Source: a virus
Lineage: Duplodnaviria; Heunggongvirae; Uroviricota; Caudoviricetes
DNA length: 64,000 nt
IMG/VR virus record: IMGVR_UViG_3300010365_001407
Coordinates: 49,463 to 113,462 of that record
Strand: one strand, 5' to 3'
In this document: piece by piece, positions 8,999 to 16,783 of the stretch
Layout: each line of letters begins with the position of its first letter
Position numbering within the stretch: position 1 is the stretch's first letter
The notes under the pieces: model-generated
Seen by the model: only the letters and a program-made list of their open reading frames with translations
What the model was told of the DNA's origin: nothing
Databases searched by the model: none
Program-made: the position numbers and the translations under genes

Positions 8999-9072
8999 GT
9001 TGACAGACGGGACTTGAACCCGCAATCCCTTGGCTCACAACCAAGTGCTTTAACCAATTAAGCTACCATCAA
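8999..9072 (-). tRNA. tRNA-His (anticodon GUG)
   Basis: Acceptor TTGATGG/CTGTCAA (two G-U pairs), D-stem GCTT/AAGC, anticodon stem CTTGG/CCAAG with loop TTGTGAG, T-arm GCGGG-TTCAAGT-CCCGT, discriminator C. No encoded G-1. Confidence 0.5.
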
Positions 9073-9074
9073 AG

Positions 9075-9146
9075 TGGAGAGAGTGGGGATCGAACCCACG
9101 ACACCTGCGGCTTCAACACAGTGCTCTACCTCTGAGCTACCTCTCC
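9075..9146 (-). tRNA. tRNA-Phe (anticodon GAA), second copy
   Basis: 72 nt; acceptor GGAGAGG/TCTCTCC, D-stem GCTC/GAGC, anticodon stem CTGTG/CGCAG with loop TTGAAGC, T-arm GTGGG-TTCGATC-CCCAC. Confidence 0.6.
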
Positions 9147-9151
9147 TTTTT

Positions 9152-9231
9152 GTTCCCCCGACTGGGTACGATCCAGTAGTCTGCATATTAAAAGTATGCG
9201 GCTTTCTCCATTTAAGCTACGGGAGAGAATT
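9152..9231. repeat. 79-bp direct repeat, copy 2 (contains the second tRNA-Lys)
   Basis: Identical to 8755-8833. Confidence 0.9.
9153..9225 (-). tRNA. tRNA-Lys (anticodon UUU), duplicate
   Basis: Identical sequence to 8756-8828. Confidence 0.55.
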
Positions 9232-9237
9232 TATTTT

Positions 9238-9702
9238 TTAAATCTTAATATTCATATTATTAATAAATTGTAACATGCCCCAATTTTGTTGTTTTGAGGT
9301 TCTTATTCTATGACAATTGGCACACCTAACATCACATTTATTTATCTCATTTTTTATTTTAACTAAATCAACACCTTCACTAATCATATCACATAAATTA
9401 CCAATCTTTTCAACATTATCTTTGTGATCAAATTCTAATACTATTGGATTATTTTCACCACAATCAACACAAGGATTTTCCAAAAGATAATTATAAATAT
9501 ATTCAATTCTTTCAATTTTTCTTTTTCTTTTTCTTTCATTTATCATAGGTTTCATTATTTCTTTATTGACTTTATAATAATTATGTGAATTATTCTTACT
9601 ACAAACTCTACATATAGAATTCAAACCATCTTTTCTAACTTTATTTTTATTAAACTCTGTTTTATTTTTAACTTCTTTACATGTACCACAATACTTTTTC
9701 AT
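9238..9702 (-). CDS. HNH homing endonuclease
   Basis: 154 aa; CGTC...CRVC zinc knuckle and C-terminal EFDHKDN...CANCH HNH motif. Confidence 0.7.
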   Translation of the reverse strand: MKKYCGTCKEVKNKTEFNKNKVRKDGLNSICRVCSKNNSHNYYKVNKEIMKPMINERKRKRKIERIEYIYNYLLENPCVDCGENNPIVLEFDHKDNVEKIGNLCDMISEGVDLVKIKNEINKCDVRCANCHRIRTSKQQNWGMLQFINNMNIKI

Positions 9703-9706
9703 AATT

Positions 9707-9737
9707 GACTTTTAATTTATTATATATATTAAAAGTC
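9707..9737. promoter_or_regulatory. perfect 10-bp inverted repeat flanking a TATATATA core
   Basis: GACTTTTAAT-TTATTATATAT-ATTAAAAGTC lies immediately upstream (minus strand) of the HNH gene start and overlaps a promoter-like motif. Possible operator, or a terminator for the tRNA array. Confidence 0.35.
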
Positions 9738-9765
9738 AGTGAGTTCCTTCAAATAAAAAACCCAA

Positions 9766-9795
9766 ACTTTTTGTAAAGTTCGGGTTTCTGTCTAT
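9766..9795. terminator. terminator-like hairpin
   Basis: AACCCAAACTTT-TTGT-AAAGTTCGGGTT, an imperfect 12-bp stem. Confidence 0.4.
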
Positions 9796-10032
9796 GTTTT
9801 ATTATTCTCTTATCTATATAACTAACTATTTAAAGTTACATCTGAGAATGACATACTCATACATCCGAACTTGTGGCTAAACCACTTGAACGACTTACTA
9901 AAGCTTGTATGTTTGAAATTTGTTCTCATTATTGTATATATTAATTTATTATTGTTCCTTTTTGTTATTTTGTTATTTTTATAGTACAAATATATAAAAA
10001 GTTTATATATCTACCTAATTTTTATGCTATTT

Positions 10033-10293
10033 TTATTCAAATTTTAAACTATGTTTCATAAAGTCACTTACATTAAACAATTTAACTTGCTTATTTCTTG
10101 TAGTTGTGTATTTAATCTCATTATATTCATATACATTAATATATCTAATACCACGTTCAAATTGGTATTCTGCTATACCATATGCTAAAGTTACTTTACC
10201 ATGTGGTCCATTATATCCTTTTAAAAATACCATCATATTTTCAATATCTTTACTTGAAGATAATTCAACTTGTATGTATGTCTGTTTTTTCAT
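10033..10293 (-). CDS. hypothetical protein
   Basis: 86-aa ORF with the promoter-like motif AAATATATAAAAAGTTTTACTTTCTACCTAATTT immediately upstream at 10296-10335. Confidence 0.5.
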   Translation of the reverse strand: MKKQTYIQVELSSSKDIENMMVFLKGYNGPHGKVTLAYGIAEYQFERGIRYINVYEYNEIKYTTTRNKQVKLFNVSDFMKHSLKFE

Positions 10294-10446
10294 AGTGTAA
10301 ATATATAAAAAGTTTTACTTTCTACCTAATTTAATGTTATTTTTATCTACAAAAAATGATTATCGGTTAACCAATTTTCACTCATAATTTTTAAATTTTA
10401 AGCTTTAGTCCCCATATTAAATATCCTACAAATATTCCTAATAAAA

Positions 10447-10665
10447 ATGATCCCATTTTTGTTTTTAATTTTTTATATATACTTTATGCCAGTACGCTCA
10501 AAATCACAACTTAAATACATCTTTGCAATGCGTAAGAAGTACAAATCAAAAAAGAATGCACCCAAAGATAAAAAATGGGTATTCAATGATGAATGGACTA
10601 AAGGTGTTGATACAGGTGGTATGCCAACTAAAGTAAAAGATTTTAAATCATTTAATGTTGATTAA
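10447..10665 (+). CDS. hypothetical small basic protein
   Basis: 72-aa ORF with a hydrophobic N-terminus; weak support. Confidence 0.3.
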   Translation: MIPFLFLIFYIYFMPVRSKSQLKYIFAMRKKYKSKKNAPKDKKWVFNDEWTKGVDTGGMPTKVKDFKSFNVD

Positions 10666-11066
10666 GCTAATGCTTCTTTAATTACTTCTGATACTACTTT
10701 TCTGTCAACTTGTAAAGTTGCAAACTCTTTCATAATACCACCAACATTAGTTACACCAGATGCTACAAGTTCATTTACTTTAGTAACAATATCCTCTCTT
10801 GTTAAAGCAGCTGGAAGTAAAGCTTCTACAATAGTTAATTGTAATTTAGACTCTTCATCACCACTTGTTGCAATAACCTCATTCAAAGATTTTGCAGTTT
10901 TGTTAAGGATTTTGATTACTTCTGCATCAGAAAGACAATCAACTCCTGTATTTTTTTCAATAGTTTGGATCTCTCCTTTTACTACAGAAAGTAAATTTTT
11001 TGCTACTGCATTTCTTTCTTTGAAAGCAGTCATGTAGTCTTTGCTAATTTTTTCTTTTAAACTCAT
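10662..11066 (-). CDS. GatB/YqeY-domain protein
   Basis: 134 aa; MSLKEKISKDYMTAFKERNAVAKNLLSVVKGEIQ...LLPAALTREDIVTKV...ASGVTNVGGIMKEF matches the YqeY / GatB C-terminal-domain family end to end. Confidence 0.7.
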   Translation of the reverse strand: MSLKEKISKDYMTAFKERNAVAKNLLSVVKGEIQTIEKNTGVDCLSDAEVIKILNKTAKSLNEVIATSGDEESKLQLTIVEALLPAALTREDIVTKVNELVASGVTNVGGIMKEFATLQVDRKVVSEVIKEALA

Positions 11067-11580
11067 AATTTCTAATTTTTAGTTCTGCAAATGTAGAACA
11101 ATTATTTTAATCTACCTAATTTATTTTAAAAAATATGAAGAGGGTGGAACGCCTGTTAAGTATGGCCGGAATCCGAGAGCCTAACCTTAACTTTTATGAT
11201 CTAATCACTTGGGATTACCTTTTAATGGATTTGTGTCCTTGGTTTCGTAGTGTTACCATTCTACGCATTTAATTTCTTCATAGTGTTGGATTTAGTTTCA
11301 GTAAGTTATTTTCTTATTTATAACCTACTATCATCTGTTTAGATTTTGAGTATTTATTACCATCACAATTTCAATACTACACCTTTACATTTTATCATAT
11401 ATTTAAGTACAAGGTAGTTCACTAATTTTATCAAAGGTGTTAACTTATTTGTTAGCTACTTACTACCATAAACATTATTAAAGTTATGTGACCTTTGTTC
11501 ATTATTTATAACAGTCAACCTTAATAACTTCTTATTATTATACAAATATATAACAAAAGTTTTAATTTGAAAAATTTATT

Positions 11581-11594
11581 TTAATATATAAGTA
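11581..11594 (+). promoter_or_regulatory. TTAATATATAAGTA promoter-like motif directly upstream of the ATG at 11595
   Basis: Conserved motif family. Confidence 0.35.
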
Positions 11595-13220
11595 ATGAAA
11601 TACATTAAATTATATGAAGCCTTTGAATCACAAGTGATTACTAATACACTTAAATTCTTAACTAAAAAAATAGGACAAGATACTGCAAACTATTTCTCTA
11701 ATGATATTAAAAGATTAATGAGTCAATATAATATTCCTATCTCAAGGATAAAAGAAGATGATTTACAATATCTTAGAACATCTAAAGCGATTAAAGTTAA
11801 AAGCAATGAACCTGTAAATAATAATTATGATATTTATTGTATTAAGTATTGGTTCTCTTTAGAAAAAGGATTTTTGGGTAAAACTGCTACAGGTAATTTA
11901 ACTACACCATATGTTAGACTTGAAAATGATTATTCTGATAAAAATAAAAAATTCAGTGAGGATCAATTTAATTATATTAAAGATGACTTAGGAATAACAA
12001 AAGGTAAATTATCATCGGTATTAAATTATAGAGATTTAAAAACTGGTGATGATGTTCTTGCTATATTTGGAGATAACAATTCTAACTCAACTAAAGTAAG
12101 TGTAGGTAAAGTATTTATAGATACTCAGAATTATAATACAATCTTTGTTTATAATAATGATAGAAATGATGGTGTTAATGTTTATGGTGATCAACCAACT
12201 TTTGCACAAGATTATCAATATACTTGGAGATTAGGTCGTGATAATGAAAATAATGGTGATATTATAACAGATGGTGACCATTTTAGATTACATCTTTATA
12301 TTAAAGATAACAGACAATTAAGATATGAAAATAAAACTATCAAAAGTAAACATAAAGCAAATTTGGCAGACTTTAATAAACCATTAAATGATAGTGGTTA
12401 TATTATAGATTGGACTATACACAATCAAAATATTATTGAAAATGCTATAGAAAAATCAGACTTTGCTATTATTGTTTATATGGATAAATTACTTTCATTA
12501 CCAAGTAGAAATGTTATACAAAGTAATAGAAGAGATGCTAGAAAAGGTGCCACTGCTCTTATGTCAGATTATGATATAAAACAAATAAATATTAATAACT
12601 ATACTACTAAATTAGTTACTAAGTATGGATTACATAAAGATGCAGAAGATTTTTCTAAATTAAATAAAGTTGTTAATAGTATAATGTGTAATAAGTTTAT
12701 TATGTTTAATCTTTATTTAGACAAAACTATGGGATCATTAAATAATCTTATTAATCAATTATATAATTTAGTAAATGAAGATGAAAGTGATAAAGAGTAT
12801 TATTTTAATAATGTTTTATCTGTATTTAAAAATAGTAGAGATAGAAGTACAGATATTAATCAATTATATAAATCTAACTTAAATATTATTTTTACCTCTG
12901 GTGATGAAAATCTTATTACTATAATAAAAAGACTTTTAAATTTAGGAGAAAAGATAAATAAATATATTGAGTCTGTTGATATTGAGAATATACATGATAT
13001 AATAATGATTAAATATAAGTTAAAAACTATAGAAAGTTTTATATTAGATGGTAAACATAAATTATCAACACCTTATAATGATGTTTTAAATTCATTTGAT
13101 GAATCAAATAAAAGTATGAATAGATATGTTGGATATTGTGATGGTGCAACAGATGAATTTGTTTACTCAATGGAAAGATTAGATATAATTGAGAAGTTTG
13201 TTAATAGTTTATTAAAGTAA
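11595..13220 (+). CDS. hypothetical protein
   Basis: 541-aa ORF; no recognisable domain. Confidence 0.55.
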   Translation: MKYIKLYEAFESQVITNTLKFLTKKIGQDTANYFSNDIKRLMSQYNIPISRIKEDDLQYLRTSKAIKVKSNEPVNNNYDIYCIKYWFSLEKGFLGKTATGNLTTPYVRLENDYSDKNKKFSEDQFNYIKDDLGITKGKLSSVLNYRDLKTGDDVLAIFGDNNSNSTKVSVGKVFIDTQNYNTIFVYNNDRNDGVNVYGDQPTFAQDYQYTWRLGRDNENNGDIITDGDHFRLHLYIKDNRQLRYENKTIKSKHKANLADFNKPLNDSGYIIDWTIHNQNIIENAIEKSDFAIIVYMDKLLSLPSRNVIQSNRRDARKGATALMSDYDIKQININNYTTKLVTKYGLHKDAEDFSKLNKVVNSIMCNKFIMFNLYLDKTMGSLNNLINQLYNLVNEDESDKEYYFNNVLSVFKNSRDRSTDINQLYKSNLNIIFTSGDENLITIIKRLLNLGEKINKYIESVDIENIHDIIMIKYKLKTIESFILDGKHKLSTPYNDVLNSFDESNKSMNRYVGYCDGATDEFVYSMERLDIIEKFVNSLLK

Positions 13221-13562
13221 AATCAAATCATTGATTCGATCATTTATTTCATATAATAAACCCATACATTCTCTTTTCAAATCCTTTAGTCTATTAAAAT
13301 CACTGACACTAATTGGTTTATTTAGAGCATCATCTATACCTCTTATTTCTAATTCAATATTGTCTCTGATTAAACCAATCTCAAATAGAATATCTCCTTT
13401 GATTTCATTTATTAATAAACTAAAATAAGGATTACTCATAAGTCTTTCTTTGTATGTAGATACATTAAAACTTTTGATAATCCTTTTTAAGTTTTTTATT
13501 ACTTCTTCTTCACTACCTGAACTATGGAGTTTTTCAAAGAAGTCTTCTATGTTATGTTTCAT
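13212..13562 (-). CDS. hypothetical protein
   Basis: 116-aa ORF overlapping the start of the downstream homing-endonuclease gene. Confidence 0.45.
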   Translation of the reverse strand: MKHNIEDFFEKLHSSGSEEEVIKNLKRIIKSFNVSTYKERLMSNPYFSLLINEIKGDILFEIGLIRDNIELEIRGIDDALNKPISVSDFNRLKDLKRECMGLLYEINDRINDLILL

Positions 13563-14428
13563 GTTTTTAAATCTCTTTTAACTTTATAAATAAGTGATTG
13601 GCTAAATCCAGTATTTTCTTTTATCTTTTTAATATCTTGTCCCTCAATAAGTAGATTTTGTATAATGTTATATTTATCACATTTTAATGTTCTATCAACC
13701 ACTCTATCCCATTTTCTTTTCATTATAGGTAAATTTAGAGACAATGCTCTATTCTTAATTTTAAGAACTACTTTATTTTTAGTTATACATATTTTTGAAC
13801 ATCCATCAGGTGATATATAAAAATTCTTTTTTGATGATGTTAGTATATAATATGCTTCTTCTAAAAAATATCCCCATGAAGAATCACATTTAAGATATAA
13901 TAAACCCTTTTTACTTATACAACCATCACCATCTATAAATCCAATCATCATGCTAAATAGTTGGTCATTGGTTATGTTATAAGGTATTTTTACTGGATTC
14001 TTGGTTTTATTAGACAACCAATTAAAGTCATTAGATAATTTACTCACACTTTTTCTATCTGAAATTACAAGTCTTATATCATTTTTATACTCATATTTGC
14101 ATACTTTTCCTATATGTTCTTCAATTTTTAAAATATATTCTTTATCTTTTATTGATAAGTTTATCTGAATGTTGGATTTTTTGTATATATGACCATCAGC
14201 AAGTATAAAACCTATCCAATAACAAGTTATATTATCAGTGTAATCAATTATTTTTGAATATTTTGAGTTATTTTTTGATTCATTAGAACCTTTTTTTATT
14301 TTATTTAAACAAGCAATTTTTTGTATATAGTTCCAAGAAAGATTTGTATCTTTAATTATTTCATCTTTAGATTTTTTATTATAATTTGATTTCAAATAAT
14401 CAATCAATTTTATTTTAGATGGTTTCAT
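13559..14428 (-). CDS. LAGLIDADG homing endonuclease, two-motif single chain
   Basis: 289 aa; YWIGFILADGHI and MMIGFIDGDGCI LAGLIDADG motifs, HTH-like tail; promoter-like motif at 14430-14458. Confidence 0.75.
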   Translation of the reverse strand: MKPSKIKLIDYLKSNYNKKSKDEIIKDTNLSWNYIQKIACLNKIKKGSNESKNNSKYSKIIDYTDNITCYWIGFILADGHIYKKSNIQINLSIKDKEYILKIEEHIGKVCKYEYKNDIRLVISDRKSVSKLSNDFNWLSNKTKNPVKIPYNITNDQLFSMMIGFIDGDGCISKKGLLYLKCDSSWGYFLEEAYYILTSSKKNFYISPDGCSKICITKNKVVLKIKNRALSLNLPIMKRKWDRVVDRTLKCDKYNIIQNLLIEGQDIKKIKENTGFSQSLIYKVKRDLKT

Positions 14429-14458
14429 ATTACATATTATTTTTTACTATATATAAAA

Positions 14459-14893
14459 TTAAACCATACCTCTTTTCATTTCCCTTTCTATATCTTTCTT
14501 TTTAATATCTTCTCTTTTATTCCATAATTTTTTACCAGTTGCCACACCAATCTTAATCTTAATTCTGTTTCTTTTTATAAAAACACTTAATGGTATAGCT
14601 GTTGTTCCTTTATCTTGTAGTTTTCTTTCAATTCTATTGATTTCTTTTCTGCTTAAAAGTAACTTCTTATCCCTGTTCTCTTCATGTTTTGTTAATGGAT
14701 GTGATGATTTATATCTTGCCACATTCATATTTTTGAGCCATACTTCACCATCTTTTAAGTAAATAAAAGAATCTGCTAAAGTAACATTACCCATCCTGAT
14801 TGACTTTACTTCACTTCCAACCAATACAACACCTGCTTCAAATTCCTCATGTATGTGGAATTCATAATATGCTTTTCTATTATTTACTATCAT
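14459..14893 (-). CDS. smpB: SsrA-binding protein SmpB
   Basis: 144 aa; NRKAYYEFHIHEEFEAGVVLVGSEVKSIRMGNVTLADSFIYLKDGEVWL...HPLTKHE...KLLLSRKEINRIERKLQDKG matches bacterial SmpB along its whole length. Confidence 0.8.
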   Translation of the reverse strand: MIVNNRKAYYEFHIHEEFEAGVVLVGSEVKSIRMGNVTLADSFIYLKDGEVWLKNMNVARYKSSHPLTKHEENRDKKLLLSRKEINRIERKLQDKGTTAIPLSVFIKRNRIKIKIGVATGKKLWNKREDIKKKDIEREMKRGMV

Positions 14894-15386
14894 ATTTTAT
14901 ATCTATTTGTGATCCACCTTCACGGTTTTTCATTACTCTTACTCTATCTTCTCTGATTATACCTACAAAGTCAGCCATGTACAATCCTGTGTTACCACCA
15001 CTGAAATTATATTCATCATTACCTGTAGTAGTATATATTGGACAAGTGATTAATAGTTTGAAATTACTATCTACTAATTCATTTGCTATTCTTTGAAGAG
15101 AATTTTTTATTACATTATACCTACTTGTTTCACCTCTACCCATCATAAAATTATTTATGTCTAATAAGAAGTGACTTGGTGTTTCAGTTTTATCATTCAA
15201 TACTGAATCAATTTTAGAATCTCTAATATAAGAAAGCATAGAAAAAGATGAATTTATTTCTGGTAACTCAATATGAGAAACTTTAGAAATAATTTCATCT
15301 TTAATTCTTTCTTCTTTGAAAGTGTAACCTAATAGAGAAATATTTGATTTATTAATTAATTCAAATAAATATTCTGTGGGTTCCAT
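14880..15386 (-). CDS. hypothetical protein
   Basis: 168-aa ORF between smpB and the thioredoxin gene. Confidence 0.5.
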   Translation of the reverse strand: MEPTEYLFELINKSNISLLGYTFKEERIKDEIISKVSHIELPEINSSFSMLSYIRDSKIDSVLNDKTETPSHFLLDINNFMMGRGETSRYNVIKNSLQRIANELVDSNFKLLITCPIYTTTGNDEYNFSGGNTGLYMADFVGIIREDRVRVMKNREGGSQIDIKYDSK

Positions 15387-15390
15387 TAAA

Positions 15391-15711
15391 TTAGTTTAAG
15401 TGAGTGTTAATCAATTCCGCTAATTTTTCTTTAGTTGTCATTCCTGTACTTCTTTCAACAATCTCTCCATTTTTGAAAAGAATTAATGTAGGAATATTTC
15501 TAACTCCTAATTCAACAAGAATGTCTCTATTCTCATCAGCATTTAATTTACCAACTTGTAATTGCTCCATAAACTCTAAAGAGATTTGATCCACAATTGG
15601 TGAAATTTGAAGGCACGGCGCACACCATTTTGCCCAAACATCTATCAAAACCAAATCATTTTTAATAAAACTTTCATAGGTTGAGGGTGTTAAATCTACT
15701 GCATTTGTCAT
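15391..15711 (-). CDS. trxA: thioredoxin
   Basis: 106 aa; WAKWCAPCLQISP contains the CxxC active site (WCAPC here, canonical WCGPC), and the overall length and layout fit thioredoxin. Confidence 0.75.
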   Translation of the reverse strand: MTNAVDLTPSTYESFIKNDLVLIDVWAKWCAPCLQISPIVDQISLEFMEQLQVGKLNADENRDILVELGVRNIPTLILFKNGEIVERSTGMTTKEKLAELINTHLN

Positions 15712-15783
15712 AATTTTATATTTGTTTTATAATTATATAAAAGATGTATAAAAAGTTTATTTTTATACAGGGTGAACACCACT

Positions 15784-15799
15784 TTTTTATATATACTAT
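15784..15799 (+). promoter_or_regulatory. TTTTTTATATATACTAT promoter-like motif abutting the ATG at 15800
   Basis: Conserved motif family. Confidence 0.35.
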
Positions 15800-16522
15800 A
15801 TGGAAAATAATAATACAGAAATAGCATACATATATGCCTTATTAGATCCAAGAGATAATGAGGTTAGATATATAGGAAAAACAACACAACCAAAGAATAG
15901 ATTATCAGGTCACATAAGAGAATGTAAAAATATAAAATCTCTACATTATAGAGCAAAATGGATTAGATCTCTCTTAAAGAAAGAACTATTACCTATAATA
16001 AAATTTCTAAAGATATGTCCTTTATCTGATTTTGTTAAATATGAAACAGAGTATATACAAATATATAAAAATGATAAATTAACCAATTCTGATGAAACTG
16101 GTAGTGGTAATACAGGTAGAAAAAAAGAAGTATTGGATAGACAATCAAAATCTAGTGGTAGAATAGTTTATCAATACAATTTAGATGGTAAATTTATTAA
16201 AGAATATCAATCTGTTAGATTTGCTGCAGATTGTCTAAATTTATCACATTCAAATATATCAAGGTCTTGTAATGGAATATCTAAACATGCAGGTGGATTT
16301 ATATTTAGATATGAAAAAGTAAATGTTGAAAAATTAGAAAATCCAAATGCAGTAAAGAAATCAGTCATAGAAATAGATACTTTAGGTAAAGAAATAGGAA
16401 GATGGAACTCACTTATGGATTGTAGTAGAGATACTGGCTTAAGAAATGAGGCAATTAGCAAACTTTGTAATAAAAGATATGGATCCAAATCAGTAGGTGG
16501 TAGATATTTTAAGTTTGAATGA
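15800..16522 (+). CDS. GIY-YIG homing endonuclease
   Basis: 240 aa; IAYIYALLDPRDNEVRYIGKTTQPKNRLSGHIRE GIY-YIG motif at the N-terminus; basic C-terminal DNA-binding region. Confidence 0.7.
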   Translation: MENNNTEIAYIYALLDPRDNEVRYIGKTTQPKNRLSGHIRECKNIKSLHYRAKWIRSLLKKELLPIIKFLKICPLSDFVKYETEYIQIYKNDKLTNSDETGSGNTGRKKEVLDRQSKSSGRIVYQYNLDGKFIKEYQSVRFAADCLNLSHSNISRSCNGISKHAGGFIFRYEKVNVEKLENPNAVKKSVIEIDTLGKEIGRWNSLMDCSRDTGLRNEAISKLCNKRYGSKSVGGRYFKFE

Positions 16523-16523
16523 A

Positions 16524-16550
16524 AAAACCCACATCTTTGAGGGTTTTTAA
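16524..16550. terminator. terminator-like hairpin between convergent genes
   Basis: AAAAACCCACATCTTTGAGGGTTTTTAA. Confidence 0.4.
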
Positions 16551-16783
16551 TTCAAATCTAAGTATTTTTTGAAATTTGTAATAAATTCACTTTCATCTAC
16601 AATATCACTTGCTATAAGATTTTTATCAATGAAAAAGGAATACATAAACTTATCATCTAAATCATCTAGATCATCTAGTATTAGTATTTTATTTTCACTA
16701 AATAATAAAGTTATTTTATTCTTTTCAATAAAATAATCTATTGGTTTAAACTCACTAATTATATTCTCAGTATTCATATTCAT
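16547..16783 (-). CDS. hypothetical acidic protein
   Basis: 78-aa ORF. Confidence 0.4.
   Translation of the reverse strand: MNMNTENIISEFKPIDYFIEKNKITLLFSENKILILDDLDDLDDKFMYSFFIDKNLIASDIVDESEFITNFKKYLDLN

Noticed and set aside
8819-9025. 68-aa minus-strand ORF in the supplied track.
   Set aside because: Spans the His-like, Trp and His tRNA genes; its GC-rich codons come from tRNA sequence.
10106-10300. 64-aa plus-strand ORF.
   Set aside because: Antisense to the 86-aa gene that has a clear promoter motif; hydrophobic junk composition.
11100-11300. Possible tmRNA (ssrA) to go with smpB.
   Set aside because: No tRNA-like acceptor/T-arm (GGTTCGAnTCC...CCA) and no ANDENYALAA-type tag reading frame found by eye; kept only as a GC-rich-island finding.
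14800-15096. 98-aa plus-strand ORF.
   Set aside because: Antisense across the smpB / 168-aa gene junction.
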